Positions 9,780 through 19,836 of a stretch of 52,967 nucleotides of DNA are shown here, piece after piece; position 1 is the stretch's first letter, and every line of letters begins with the position of its first letter. The translations under genes were made by a program, and so were the position numbers. A model generated the notes under the pieces. It did not search any database. It was not told the origin of the DNA and worked only from the letters and a program-made list of their open reading frames with translations. Source of the DNA: Comamonadaceae bacterium (lineage in GTDB: Bacteria > Pseudomonadota > Gammaproteobacteria > Burkholderiales > Burkholderiaceae_C); NCBI GenBank assembly GCA_037132975.1, contig JBAXOZ010000001.1, positions 1 to 52,967 on the forward strand, written 5' to 3'.

Positions 9780-11456
9780 ATGTCAGATCGAATTTGGCTC
9801 AAGAGTTATCCACCCGGAGTTCCCGCAGACCTGGATACGACCCAGTATCCGTCACTGGTCGCCTTGATGGAGGAGAGTTTCAAGAAGTACGCCAGTAAAA
9901 CGGCCTACAGCTTCATGGGCAAGGACGTGAGCTATGGCCAGACGGACAGCCTGAGCCAGGCCTTTGCCGTTTACCTGCAGAGCCTGGGTCTGGTCAAGGG
10001 CGACCGGGTCGCGATCATGATGCCCAATGTGCCGCAGTACCCGGTGGCCGTGGCTGCCATCCTGCGCGCCGGTTTCGTAGTCGTCAATGTCAACCCGCTG
10101 TACACGCCGCGTGAGTTGGAGCACCAGCTCAAGGACTCGGGCTCCAAGGCGATTGTCATCATCGAGAACTTTGCCGCCACGCTGGAAAAATGCATTGCAC
10201 ACACGCCCGTCAAGCACGTCATCCTGTGCGCCATGGGCGACCAGCTTGGCCTCTTGAAGGGTGCGCTGGTCAACTATGTGGTGCGCAACGTCAAGAAGAT
10301 GGTGCCAGCTTACAACTTGCCCGGCGCGGTACGTTTTAACGCGGCGGTGGCGAAGGGCAGCAGTGGCTCGCTCAAGGCGGTTCAGATCAAGCCCGACGAT
10401 GTAGCCGTGCTGCAGTACACCGGCGGCACCACCGGGGTCTCCAAAGGCGCGGTGCTCCTGCATCGCAACGTGATCGCCAACGTGCTGCAGTCCGAAGCCT
10501 GGAACCAGCCGGTCATGAAACTGGTGCCGCCCAATGAGCAGCCGACCGGCGTCTGTGCCTTGCCGCTGTACCACATCTTTGCTTTTACCGTCGGCATGAT
10601 GCTGTCCATGCGCACCGGCGGCAAGCTGATCCTGATTCCCAATCCGCGCGACATTCCGGCGGTTCTGAAGGAACTGTCCAAACACGTCATTCACAGCTTC
10701 CCCGCAGTCAACACCCTGTTCAACGGGCTGGCGAATCATCCCGATTTCAATACGGTGGACTGGAGTCATCTGAAGGTCTCGGTCGGTGGCGGCACGGCGG
10801 TGCAGAGTTCGGTGGCCAAGATTTGGGTCGAGAAGACCGGTTGTCCGATCTGCGAAGGCTATGGCTTGTCCGAGACCTCGCCCTCGGCCAGTTGTAACCC
10901 GGTCACGGCCAAGGAATACACCGGCACCATCGGCGTGCCCTTGCCCAGCACTTACCTGAAGTTGCTCGACGATGACGGCAAAGAGGTGGGGCCGGGCGAG
11001 TCCGGCGAAATCGCCATCAAGGGTCCGCAGGTGATGGCCGGTTATTGGCAACGCCCGGACGAAACCGCCAAGGTCATGACGGCCGACGGCTTTTTCAAAT
11101 CCGGCGATATTGGTGTGGTCGATGAGCGCGGTTACTTCAAGATTGTCGATCGCAAGAAAGACATGATTCTGGTCAGCGGCTTCAACGTTTTTCCAACCGA
11201 GCTCGAAGACGTGGTTGGCCAGTGCCCAGGCGTGCTGGAGTGCGCCTGCGTTGGCGTCAAGGATGAGAAGACCGGCGAGGGCGTCAAGCTGGTCATCGTC
11301 AGGAAGGATCCGGAACTGACCGAGGCCCAGATCCGTGCCTACTGCAAGGAAAACATGACCGGCTACAAACAGCCCAAGGTCATTGAGTTCCGCAGCGAGT
11401 TGCCCAAGACACCGGTCGGCAAGATCCTGCGCCGGGAGTTGCGGGACAAGACCTGA
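9780..11456 (+). CDS. fadD: long-chain fatty acid--CoA ligase
   Basis: QYTGGTTGVSKG, EGYGLSET, DRKKDMILVSGFNV, LPKTPVGKILRRELR. Confidence 0.9.
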   Translation: MSDRIWLKSYPPGVPADLDTTQYPSLVALMEESFKKYASKTAYSFMGKDVSYGQTDSLSQAFAVYLQSLGLVKGDRVAIMMPNVPQYPVAVAAILRAGFVVVNVNPLYTPRELEHQLKDSGSKAIVIIENFAATLEKCIAHTPVKHVILCAMGDQLGLLKGALVNYVVRNVKKMVPAYNLPGAVRFNAAVAKGSSGSLKAVQIKPDDVAVLQYTGGTTGVSKGAVLLHRNVIANVLQSEAWNQPVMKLVPPNEQPTGVCALPLYHIFAFTVGMMLSMRTGGKLILIPNPRDIPAVLKELSKHVIHSFPAVNTLFNGLANHPDFNTVDWSHLKVSVGGGTAVQSSVAKIWVEKTGCPICEGYGLSETSPSASCNPVTAKEYTGTIGVPLPSTYLKLLDDDGKEVGPGESGEIAIKGPQVMAGYWQRPDETAKVMTADGFFKSGDIGVVDERGYFKIVDRKKDMILVSGFNVFPTELEDVVGQCPGVLECACVGVKDEKTGEGVKLVIVRKDPELTEAQIRAYCKENMTGYKQPKVIEFRSELPKTPVGKILRRELRDKT

Positions 11457-11458
11457 CC

Positions 11459-12349
11459 ATGAGCAACGGTATCGGCGCGCCGGTTTTCGGCATCATCGGC
11501 GGCAGTGGTGTTTACGACATCGAGGGCTTGACCCACAAGCGCTGGCAGCGAGTCGATTCGCCTTTTGGCGAAGCGTCCGACGAATTGCTGTTTGGCGATC
11601 TGGACGGGCAGCCCATGGTGTTTTTGCCGCGACACGGGCGCGGCCACCGCATCCCGCCATCGGAAATCAACTACCGCGCCAACATCGATGTCATGAAACG
11701 CTGCGGCGTGACGGATCTGGTCTCGGTCAGCGCGGTCGGTTCGCTGCGCGAAGACTTGCCACCCGGCACCTTCGTCATCGTGGATCAGTTCATCGACCGC
11801 ACTTTTGCCCGGCAGAAAAGTTTCTTTGGCACCGGACTGGTGGCGCACGTCTCGATGGCGCATCCGGTGTGTCGTCGCCTGGGTGATCACGTGGAGGCCG
11901 CTGCCCAGCTGGCTGGTATCAAAGCGGTTCGCGGCGGTACCTATCTTGTGATGGAGGGGCCGCAGTTTTCGAGTCTGGCTGAATCACAGTTGTACCGAAG
12001 CTGGAACTGCGACGTCATCGGCATGACCAATATGCCCGAGGCCAAGCTGGCGCGCGAAGCCGAGATCTGCTATGCCACGGTGGCCATGGTGACCGATTTT
12101 GATTGCTGGCATCCCGGTCACGACGCTGTCACGGTGGACGCGATCGTCAAGGTGCTGCTGGCCAATGCCGACCGGGCGCGCAGTCTCGTCAAAACGGTGG
12201 CACCGCGTTTGCACGGCGACGCCACGGCAGCGACGTGCTCCTGCCGCAGCGCGCTGCAGTACGCGCTCATCACGGCGCCGGACGCGCGCGACCCGGCGCT
12301 GGTGGGACGGCTCGATGCGGTAGCCGGTCGGCTGCTGGGGAACGGATGA
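11459..12349 (+). CDS. mtnP: S-methyl-5'-thioadenosine phosphorylase
   Basis: GIIGGSG, LPRHGRGH, SAVGSL, MEGPQFS, GMTNMPEAKLAREAE, VTDFDCW. Confidence 0.93.
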   Translation: MSNGIGAPVFGIIGGSGVYDIEGLTHKRWQRVDSPFGEASDELLFGDLDGQPMVFLPRHGRGHRIPPSEINYRANIDVMKRCGVTDLVSVSAVGSLREDLPPGTFVIVDQFIDRTFARQKSFFGTGLVAHVSMAHPVCRRLGDHVEAAAQLAGIKAVRGGTYLVMEGPQFSSLAESQLYRSWNCDVIGMTNMPEAKLAREAEICYATVAMVTDFDCWHPGHDAVTVDAIVKVLLANADRARSLVKTVAPRLHGDATAATCSCRSALQYALITAPDARDPALVGRLDAVAGRLLGNG

Positions 12350-12981
12350 AGAACCGCGTCTCCATGGTGCTCGGTGCCCAGCGCTTGAGCGCGCTCGGTT
12401 TGAACCGGGGCAGCAGCGGCAATATCGGCGTGCGACTGAAGAATTCGTTCCTGGTGACGCCGTCCGGCATTCCGGCCGACGAACTGCTGCCGCAAATGAT
12501 GGTCGAGATGGATTTTTCCGGCATGGTTCTGGGCGCCGGCAAGCCCTCGAGCGAATGGCGTTTTCACCGTGACATCCTGGCCGCACGTTCTGACATGGGC
12601 GCTGTGGTGCACACGCACTCACGCTACGCTACGTCCCTGGCCTGTTTGCAGCGCGACATTCCGGCCTTTCACTACATGATCGCTGCAGCCGGTGGTGACA
12701 CGATACGCTGCGCGCCCTACGCCCTGTTTGGCACGCAGGAACTCTCGGACCTGGCCTTGCAGGCGCTGCGCGAGCGCAAGGCCTGTCTGTTGGGTAACCA
12801 CGGCATGATCGCCCTGGGCACCGATCTGAAAGCGGCGCTGGCCCTGACGCTCGAAGTGGAGTCGCTTGCCCAGCAGTACTGGACGGCGCTGCAGCTCGGT
12901 GAACCCAGTATTCTGTCGAGCCAGCAAATGCAGGCCGTGATGGAAAAATTCAAAAGCTACGGACCGGGCGCCAGCGCCTGA
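12346..12981 (+). CDS. class II aldolase (FucA-like; probable DHAP-shunt aldolase Ald2)
   Basis: GSSGNIG, TPSG, KPSSEWRFH, VVHTHS, NHG metal ligands; ATGA-coupled to mtnP. Confidence 0.88.
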   Translation: MKNRVSMVLGAQRLSALGLNRGSSGNIGVRLKNSFLVTPSGIPADELLPQMMVEMDFSGMVLGAGKPSSEWRFHRDILAARSDMGAVVHTHSRYATSLACLQRDIPAFHYMIAAAGGDTIRCAPYALFGTQELSDLALQALRERKACLLGNHGMIALGTDLKAALALTLEVESLAQQYWTALQLGEPSILSSQQMQAVMEKFKSYGPGASA

Positions 12982-12984
12982 GGG

Positions 12985-14052
12985 ATGATGAAGCAGCAAG
13001 TCGATGAACGCCGCCAGGTCGAGACGCTACGCTGGCGCGACGCCGCGCTGGAGATGATTGACCAGCGGGTCCTGCCGGCGCACTTTGAGTACCTGCGTTA
13101 TGGCAATGCCGATGAAGTGGCGCAGGGCATACGGACCATGGTGGTGCGCGGTGCGCCGGCCATCGGTTGTGCCGCTGCCTACGGCGTGGCACTGCAGGCC
13201 ATGGTGCTGCGCCAGGCGAGCCGGCCCGATTTTGATTCTGGTCTGGAAAAAGCTTTCACGGTGCTGGCCGAGAGCCGTCCCACGGCGGTCAACCTGTTCT
13301 GGGCGCTGGCGCGCATGCGCCGCGTCTGGCAGGCCAGTCAGCAGCGCAGCGTCGCCGAGATGGCCGACATCCTGCTAAGGGAAGCGCATGAAGTCAGCGC
13401 CGAAGACGTCCGCATCAACCGCGCCATGGGTGCCTATGGAGCTGCCTTGCTGAAGGACGGCGATCGGGTGCTGACCCACTGCAACGCCGGTGCTCTGGCG
13501 ACTGCCGGCCACGGTACGGCCTTGGGTGTCATCCGCTCGGCGGTCGAGAGCGGCAAGCGGATCTCGGTGATTGCCGACGAGACACGGCCTTTTCTGCAAG
13601 GCGCACGCCTGACCGCCTGGGAGATGGTGCAGGAGAATATTCCGGTCACACTGATCACCGACAACATGGCTGGCCATCTGATGAGTCACGGCGAAGTAGA
13701 CGCCGTCATCGTCGGCACCGACCGCGTTGCCGCCAATGGCGATGTGGCCAACAAGATCGGCACCTACATGGTGGCGGTGCTGGCGCGACGCCACGGCATC
13801 CCCTTCTATGTTGCGTGTCCGCTTTCCACCATCGACCTCGGCGTGAGCGATGGCGCTGCCATTCCGATTGAGGAACGCGCTGCAGAAGAGGTCACCGGCT
13901 TTCGCGACTGCCAGTGGGCTGCCAAGGGCGTGCAGGTGCGCAATCCGGCGTTCGACGTGACGCCGGCCGAACTGGTGACGGCGCTGATAACGGAAAGAGG
14001 CCTTGTGATGCAGCCCGGCCGGGACAATATCGCCCGTTTGTTCAGTCGCTGA
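12985..14052 (+). CDS. mtnA: S-methyl-5-thioribose-1-phosphate isomerase
   Basis: VRGAPAIG, SRPTAVNL, LTHCNAGALAT, ETRPFLQGARLT, ANKIGTY, NPAFDVTP. Confidence 0.96.
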   Translation: MMKQQVDERRQVETLRWRDAALEMIDQRVLPAHFEYLRYGNADEVAQGIRTMVVRGAPAIGCAAAYGVALQAMVLRQASRPDFDSGLEKAFTVLAESRPTAVNLFWALARMRRVWQASQQRSVAEMADILLREAHEVSAEDVRINRAMGAYGAALLKDGDRVLTHCNAGALATAGHGTALGVIRSAVESGKRISVIADETRPFLQGARLTAWEMVQENIPVTLITDNMAGHLMSHGEVDAVIVGTDRVAANGDVANKIGTYMVAVLARRHGIPFYVACPLSTIDLGVSDGAAIPIEERAAEEVTGFRDCQWAAKGVQVRNPAFDVTPAELVTALITERGLVMQPGRDNIARLFSR

Positions 14053-14101
14053 AACGATAGCGCCCTTTTTTTTGGGCGCAAAAACCGAGGATGTTGGAAT
14101 T

Positions 14102-14211
14102 GTCATTGCGTCCCCGGATCAGGTCCGGGGTTTCAGCACCCGCAATCCAGTGTTGGCGTGGCACTGGATCCCGGATCAAGTCCGGGATGACAGTTGCTGG
14201 CCCGGGATGAC
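14102..14211. repeat. composite GTCAT-type REP cluster between convergent mtnA and corA
   Basis: gtcattgcg...cgcaatccag, ctggatcccggatcaagtccgggatgac, a nested ccccggatcaggtccgggg and a partial cccgggatgac. Confidence 0.8.
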
Positions 14212-14220
14212 AAAGCTGCA

Positions 14221-15207
14221 CTACTTCAGCCAGCCGCGCTTCCTGAAGTACCACATCGGCACCAGCGCGCTGGCGACCATCAGCACGATCGCGTAGGGAT
14301 AACCCAGCGTCCATTCGAGCTCCGGCAGGAACTTGAAGTTCATGCCGTAAATGCTGGCAATCAGCGTCGGTGGCAGCAGGGCCACGCTGGCGACCGAGAA
14401 GATCTTGATGATCTTGTTCTGGTTGATGTTGATGAAACCCACCGTGGCATCCATCAGGAAGTTGATCTTGTCGAACAGGAAGGCGGTGTGGGAGTCGAGC
14501 GAGTCCATGTCGCGCAGAATCTGTCGCGCTTCTTCAAATTGCTCGGCATTGAGCATCTTGCTGCGCATCATGAAGCTGACGGCGCGCCGGGTGTCCATCA
14601 CGTTGCGCCGGATGCGGCCGCTCAAGTCTTCGTGGCGCGCAATGGCGCCCAGCACCTCGCCGGCCAGAGCGTCGGTCATGTCGCCCGAGAGCACCTTGGT
14701 GCTGACTTTCTCCACATCGTCGTAAACGCTTTCCAGCGTGTCGGCCGAGTATTCGGCGTCGGCATCAAAGAGCTTGAGCAGCACTTCCTTGGCGTCTTCG
14801 ATCAGCCCGGGGGCCCGGCGTGCCCGCATGCGCAGCAGGCGAAACACGGGTACGTCCTCGTCGTGAATCGAAAACAGCACGCCTTTGCTTTTGAGCTCCG
14901 GATTTTCCAGGTTCAGGATAAAGGCGACGCGCACGGTGCGCGGCTCGGTTTCGTCGGCGATCAAGAAATCGCTGCGGATGTGCAATTCGCCGTTCTCTTC
15001 GCGGTAAAAACGGGCGGACTCCTCAATGTCTTCGTCCATCGCGTCTTCCGGGATGGACAGTCCGTAGTATTGCTTGACCCAGCGCTTTTCTTCCAGCGTG
15101 GGTGACTCCAGGTCAACCCAGATCGGCTGGAACTTGGACAATTCTTCCAGGGCCTCGATCTCTTCCTGGAACAGCCGGCCGTTGGCGAGCGTGAAAATGT
15201 TGAGCAT
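14221..15207 (-). CDS. corA: magnesium/cobalt transporter CorA
   Basis: PPTLIASIYGMNF (GMN motif), two C-terminal transmembrane helices, FRKRGWL end. Confidence 0.96.
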   Translation of the reverse strand: MLNIFTLANGRLFQEEIEALEELSKFQPIWVDLESPTLEEKRWVKQYYGLSIPEDAMDEDIEESARFYREENGELHIRSDFLIADETEPRTVRVAFILNLENPELKSKGVLFSIHDEDVPVFRLLRMRARRAPGLIEDAKEVLLKLFDADAEYSADTLESVYDDVEKVSTKVLSGDMTDALAGEVLGAIARHEDLSGRIRRNVMDTRRAVSFMMRSKMLNAEQFEEARQILRDMDSLDSHTAFLFDKINFLMDATVGFININQNKIIKIFSVASVALLPPTLIASIYGMNFKFLPELEWTLGYPYAIVLMVASALVPMWYFRKRGWLK

Positions 15208-15229
15208 GGCTTACTCCCTCATAGTGGAT

Positions 15230-15330
15230 TGCATCTGGCAGGGTTTGCGGGTTTCGGCTTTCAACCCCGATGCAGTCAAGGGAATTGAAAGCTAGCAACT
15301 GGGAACGGGTAACAAGGAGTTTTCTCCGGT
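15230..15330 (-). promoter_or_regulatory. corA leader: putative uORF (TTG, MLPVPSC*) plus alternative hairpins
   Basis: GGAG-8nt-TTG at 15315, TAG ending at 15292; two overlapping stems 15257-15292 and 15230-15274. Confidence 0.55.
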
Positions 15331-15501
15331 AATTGAGGTGGCGAAATTATCGCACTGCGCCGGAACTTGCGTGCTGCAGAAATATTTCTGAAAGTTCTGC
15401 TTTAATTGCATTGCGTCAATAAATGCTATTGCACTTTGAACGCACAGGGGGCATAGTGAATTCGTTCGTTTTTTAACCCGCAAAGCAACTGGAGAGTATT
15501 T

Positions 15502-15837
15502 ATGAACATGACGATCAGCGGCCACCATCTTGAAGTTACACCTGCCCTGCGCAGCTATGTCACGAGCAAGCTCGATCGGATCGTTCGGCATTTTGACCAG
15601 GTGGTCGACGTCAAAGTGCTGCTGACGGTGGAGAAGCAGAAGGAAAAAGAGGGCAGGCAGCGAGCGGAGTGCACCATCCACGTCAAGGGCTCCGATATTT
15701 TTGCCGAGAGCTCGGATGCCGACCTGTATGCCGCCATCGACGAACTGGTGGACAAGCTCGATCGCCAGGTGGTGCGTTACAAGGACCGCAAGCAGGATCA
15801 TCACCATGAAACGGCAAAACGCGAGGTGCAGGCTTGA
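15502..15837 (+). CDS. hpf: ribosome hibernation promoting factor (HPF/RaiA)
   Basis: [33 protein letters not shown]. Confidence 0.95.
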   Translation: MNMTISGHHLEVTPALRSYVTSKLDRIVRHFDQVVDVKVLLTVEKQKEKEGRQRAECTIHVKGSDIFAESSDADLYAAIDELVDKLDRQVVRYKDRKQDHHHETAKREVQA

Positions 15838-15856
15838 GGGCATAATCTGGCGCTAG

Positions 15857-16327
15857 ATGATGAACCGACTCTCCCACATCCTCAGTGCCGAGCAAGTGCT
15901 CGTGCAGGTTGAAGCCAGCAGCAAGAAGAGGGCCTTTGAGGAGGCCGGTCTGCTGTTTGAGCGGCTGCATGGCCTGAGCCGGGCGCTGGTGACAGACAGT
16001 CTGTTTTCCAGGGAGCGCCTGGGCTCTACCGGGCTCGGGCATGGGGTGGCGATACCGCATGGCCGCATCAAGGGCCTGAAGGCGCCCATGGCGGCGGTTT
16101 TCCAACTGGCCGAGCCGATTGTCTTTGACGCCCCCGATGAACAGCCGGTGGCACTGCTGATCTTTCTGCTGGTGCCCGAAGCAGCAACGCAAAAGCATCT
16201 GGAAATTCTGTCGGAGATTGCTGAACTGCTGAGCGACGCTCCCCTGCGTGAGAAACTCTCCAACTGCGCCGACGCCGGCGAACTTCATGGCCTGATCGCC
16301 GGCTGGCGCTCGACCCAGCTGGCCTGA
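15857..16327 (+). CDS. ptsN: PTS IIA nitrogen-regulatory protein
   Basis: [19 protein letters not shown]; lies between hpf and hprK. Confidence 0.93.
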   Translation: MMNRLSHILSAEQVLVQVEASSKKRAFEEAGLLFERLHGLSRALVTDSLFSRERLGSTGLGHGVAIPHGRIKGLKAPMAAVFQLAEPIVFDAPDEQPVALLIFLLVPEAATQKHLEILSEIAELLSDAPLREKLSNCADAGELHGLIAGWRSTQLA

Positions 16328-16331
16328 TGCC

Positions 16332-17291
16332 GTGAAGCCCAACGTTGTCAGTGCCAACGTACTGTTTGAGGAATTTCGCCACACGCTGAAGTGGGAGTGG
16401 GTAGCCGGGCTGGGCGCCTCCGAGCGGCGCTTTGACGAAGGCGCGGTGCGCGCTGCGCGCTCGGGTGCCGATCTGGTCGGTCACCTCAACTACATCCATC
16501 CCTACCGCATCCAGATTCTGGGTGAGCGCGAAATTGCCTACCTCACGAACGCTGGTGCGGACGACTGTGCGCGCCGGACTTCACGCATCGTGACGCTGGA
16601 GCCGCCGGTCTTGATACTGGCCGATGGCCAGCGCGCGCCGCCGGCATTGCTGACGATGTGCGAGGAGGCTCAGATTCCGATGTTTTCGGCGCAGGGTTCC
16701 TCGGCGTTTGTGATCGACGTGCTGCGTGCCTACCTGTCCAAGCATTTTGCCGATCGCTGCACCATGCACGGGGTGTTCATGGACATTCTGGGTCTGGGCG
16801 TCATGATCACGGGCGAATCGGGCCTGGGCAAGAGCGAACTCGGTCTGGAACTTATTTCGCGCGGCAACGGTCTGGTAGCCGACGACGCGGTGGATCTTTA
16901 TCGTATCAACCAGGACACCATCGAGGGACGCTGCCCCGAGTTATTGATCAACCTGCTCGAAGTACGCGGCATCGGGCTGCTCGATATTCGCTGCATTTTT
17001 GGCGAGACCGCGGTGCGGCGCAAGATGCGTCTGAAACTGATCGTGCACCTGGTCCGACGTGAAACGCTGGAGCGTGACTATGAGCGCATGCCGCACGAAC
17101 CGCTGACCCAGGACGTGCTGGGTGTGCCCGTCAGAAAAGTCGTGATTCAGGTGGTGGCCGGTCGCAACATTGCAGTGCTGGTGGAAGCGGCGGTGCGCAA
17201 TACCATTTTGCAGTTGCGTGGCATTGACACCTACCAGGAGTTTGTCGAACGGCAACGCAAGGCGATGGACCCGCAAGAGCAGGACGGCTAA
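16332..17291 (+). CDS. hprK: HPr(Ser) kinase/phosphorylase
   Basis: [16 protein letters not shown] Walker [24 protein letters not shown]. Confidence 0.95.
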   Translation: MKPNVVSANVLFEEFRHTLKWEWVAGLGASERRFDEGAVRAARSGADLVGHLNYIHPYRIQILGEREIAYLTNAGADDCARRTSRIVTLEPPVLILADGQRAPPALLTMCEEAQIPMFSAQGSSAFVIDVLRAYLSKHFADRCTMHGVFMDILGLGVMITGESGLGKSELGLELISRGNGLVADDAVDLYRINQDTIEGRCPELLINLLEVRGIGLLDIRCIFGETAVRRKMRLKLIVHLVRRETLERDYERMPHEPLTQDVLGVPVRKVVIQVVAGRNIAVLVEAAVRNTILQLRGIDTYQEFVERQRKAMDPQEQDG

Positions 17292-17734
17292 ACGGGGTCG
17301 CTGCCGGGCGTTGGGCGATGCGGGCAGGCCTTTGTGGTGCAGTGGGCGTACAGGCTGAGCGCGTGGTCGGCAATGGCAAAACCCTTGGTAGCGGCCACGG
17401 CGTGCTGACGCTGCTCGATTTCGGCGTCGTAAAACTCTTCCACTTTGCCGCAGTCCAGGCACACCAGATGGTCGTGGTGCTGGCCCGCATTGAGTTCAAA
17501 GACCGACTTGCCACCTTCAAAATGGCTGCGACTCAGGATCTCGGCGTGTTCAAACTGGGACAAAACACGGTAGACCGTGGCCAACCCGACATCCGAGCCT
17601 TCTTCCAGCAAGACCCGATAGACGTCTTCGGCCGACATGTGGCGGCGCGCATTGCCCTGGAAGATTTCCAGTATTTTCAGTCGCGGGAGCGTCGCCTTGA
17701 GTCCCGTGCTTTTGAGTTCGTCGATAGTGGTCAT
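17288..17734 (-). CDS. fur: ferric uptake regulator
   Basis: [30 protein letters not shown]; divergent from bamE. Confidence 0.96.
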   Translation of the reverse strand: MTTIDELKSTGLKATLPRLKILEIFQGNARRHMSAEDVYRVLLEEGSDVGLATVYRVLSQFEHAEILSRSHFEGGKSVFELNAGQHHDHLVCLDCGKVEEFYDAEIEQRQHAVAATKGFAIADHALSLYAHCTTKACPHRPTPGSDPV

Positions 17735-17824
17735 GGGTGTCTCTGTCTTGCCTGCCGATAGTGCGCAGCTGCAGGTACAGCCGGTACAATGGGACGATCA
17801 TATCGCTACCCATCCGTTCATCCC

Positions 17825-18367
17825 ATGATTGACCTTTATCGTCGCAGCGCCCGCCTGATCATGCTCCTGGCCAGTACCTCAGGCTTGCTCGCCTGTGGCA
17901 GTCTGGACAGTGCCAGCAACCGGATTGCCGGTGTGGTGACGCCCTACAAGGTGGACATCGTGCAGGGCAACTTTGTCTCCAGCGAGCAAGCCACGCTGCT
18001 CAAACCCGGTGTGACACGGACCCAGGTGCGCGATATTCTGGGCACCCCTTTGCTGATGAGCATTTTTCATGCGGATCGGTGGGACTATGTTTTTACCTTG
18101 CAGCGCCAGGGTTTGCCTTCGCAGTTGCGCAAGTTGACCGTCAGCTTCAAGGGCGACGTGCTGGATCACATCGATACCGAACCGATGCCGACCGAGGCCG
18201 ATTTCGTTGCGTCGCTGGATTCCGGGCGTCCGACCGGCAAGGTGCCGGTGCTGGAGTTGAGTGAGGAAAGTCTGAAGCTGTTGCCTGCTCCGGCGAAGAA
18301 AGTGGATGCCATGCCGCTGCCGCCACTACCTGCAAGTTATCCGCCGCTCGAGCCGGCCACCCGCTAG
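17825..18367 (+). CDS. bamE: outer membrane protein assembly factor BamE (lipoprotein)
   Basis: LLAC lipobox, [20 protein letters not shown]; fur-bamE-dapB synteny. Confidence 0.92.
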   Translation: MIDLYRRSARLIMLLASTSGLLACGSLDSASNRIAGVVTPYKVDIVQGNFVSSEQATLLKPGVTRTQVRDILGTPLLMSIFHADRWDYVFTLQRQGLPSQLRKLTVSFKGDVLDHIDTEPMPTEADFVASLDSGRPTGKVPVLELSEESLKLLPAPAKKVDAMPLPPLPASYPPLEPATR

Positions 18368-18381
18368 AGGGCAGTTTGACC

Positions 18382-19200
18382 ATGAGTGGCAGCACCCCAA
18401 CCCAGGCCATTGCCGTGGCAGGTGCATCAGGCCGCATGGGCCAGATGCTGATTGAGGCGGTACGCGCCGACCCGCGCTGCGAGTTGGTGGGCGCCCTCGA
18501 TATCGTTGGCAACGCGTCCCTTGGCCTGGACGCCTGCGCCTTTCTCGGGCAGCGCTGCGGCGTGCTGATCACGGCCGACCTGGCCGCCGGGCTGCAGCAG
18601 GCCAGCACCCTGATTGATTTCACGCGACCTGAAGGCACACTGGCGCATCTGGGCGTGTGCCGCCAGCGTGGTGTCAACATGGTGATTGGCACGACGGGTT
18701 TCAGCCAGGAGCAGAAGGCTGAAATTGAAGCGGCCGCGAAAGACATCGCCATTGTCATGGCGCCCAATATGAGTGTCGGCGTCAACGTCACGCTCAAATT
18801 ACTGGAAATGGCGGCGCGCTCGCTGGCCACGGGCTACGACATTGAAATCATCGAGGCGCATCACCGGCACAAGGTCGATGCACCGTCGGGCACGGCGCTC
18901 AAGATGGGCGAGGTGATTGCCGGCGCTCTGGGGCGCGACCTCAAGGACTGTGCCGTCTATGCCCGCGAAGGCGTGACTGGCGAACGGGATCCTTCAACCA
19001 TCGGCTTTGCCACCATTCGCGGTGGCGATATTGTGGGTGACCACACGGTGCTGTTTGCCGGCACCGGCGAGCGTATCGAGATCAGCCACAAATCGAGCTC
19101 GCGCGCCACCTACGCGCAGGGCAGTTTGCGCGCAGCGCATTTTCTCTCGGGCAAGAAGTGCGGTTTGTTCAACATGGCTGATGTGCTGGGCCTGCAATGA
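18382..19200 (+). CDS. dapB: 4-hydroxy-tetrahydrodipicolinate reductase
   Basis: [33 protein letters not shown]. Confidence 0.96.
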   Translation: MSGSTPTQAIAVAGASGRMGQMLIEAVRADPRCELVGALDIVGNASLGLDACAFLGQRCGVLITADLAAGLQQASTLIDFTRPEGTLAHLGVCRQRGVNMVIGTTGFSQEQKAEIEAAAKDIAIVMAPNMSVGVNVTLKLLEMAARSLATGYDIEIIEAHHRHKVDAPSGTALKMGEVIAGALGRDLKDCAVYAREGVTGERDPSTIGFATIRGGDIVGDHTVLFAGTGERIEISHKSSSRATYAQGSLRAAHFLSGKKCGLFNMADVLGLQ

Positions 19201-19835
19201 ACGTGGCGCAGTTGTTCTTGCAGGGCGACGCGGTAACGCAGACCGTGTCACTGCTCTTGCTGGCCATGTCAGTGGGTAGCTGGGTGGTCATTCTCTGGAA
19301 GAGCTGGCTGCTGCGACGTGTCGGTCATGATGTGAGGCGCGCTACGGCGGCCTTCTGGCAGTCGGCCTCCGTCCCGCAGGCGCTGGAAAAGGTGAAGGCT
19401 TTTGACCGGGAGGCATTGGTAGTGTCTCTGGTCTTGTCAACAAGAATTGAGGAGCAGGGCACTTTGGCCACTGCCGGCGACAGATCACAGCAGCTCACCC
19501 GTGTCCTGCGCGATGCGCTGCACCGGGCACTGGCCAAGCTGCAGTATGGCCAGGTGCTGCTGGCCACGGTGGGTGCGACCGCACCCTTTGTCGGTCTGCT
19601 GGGCACGGTGTGGGGCATTTATCACGCGCTGATCGGCATAGCCACGGCGGGACAGGTCACCATCGACAAGATCTCGGGGCCAGTCGGAGAGTCGCTCATC
19701 ATGACCGCGGCTGGACTGGCGGTTGCCATTCCGGCCGTGCTGGCCTACAACGTGCTGGGACGCGTGATCGCACGCATCGAGGCCGAGCTTGAAGGCTTTG
19801 CGCGCGACCTGCGGGAATTGTTGGCGGTTACATAA
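19197..19835 (+). CDS. exbB: MotA/TolQ/ExbB proton channel protein
   Basis: [24 protein letters not shown]. Confidence 0.88.
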   Translation: MNVAQLFLQGDAVTQTVSLLLLAMSVGSWVVILWKSWLLRRVGHDVRRATAAFWQSASVPQALEKVKAFDREALVVSLVLSTRIEEQGTLATAGDRSQQLTRVLRDALHRALAKLQYGQVLLATVGATAPFVGLLGTVWGIYHALIGIATAGQVTIDKISGPVGESLIMTAAGLAVAIPAVLAYNVLGRVIARIEAELEGFARDLRELLAVT

Positions 19836-19836
19836 G

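Noticed and set aside
14060-14084. gcgccc-T8-gggcgc hairpin as a terminator
   Set aside because: It is followed by an A run on the plus strand and has no good U tract on the minus strand.
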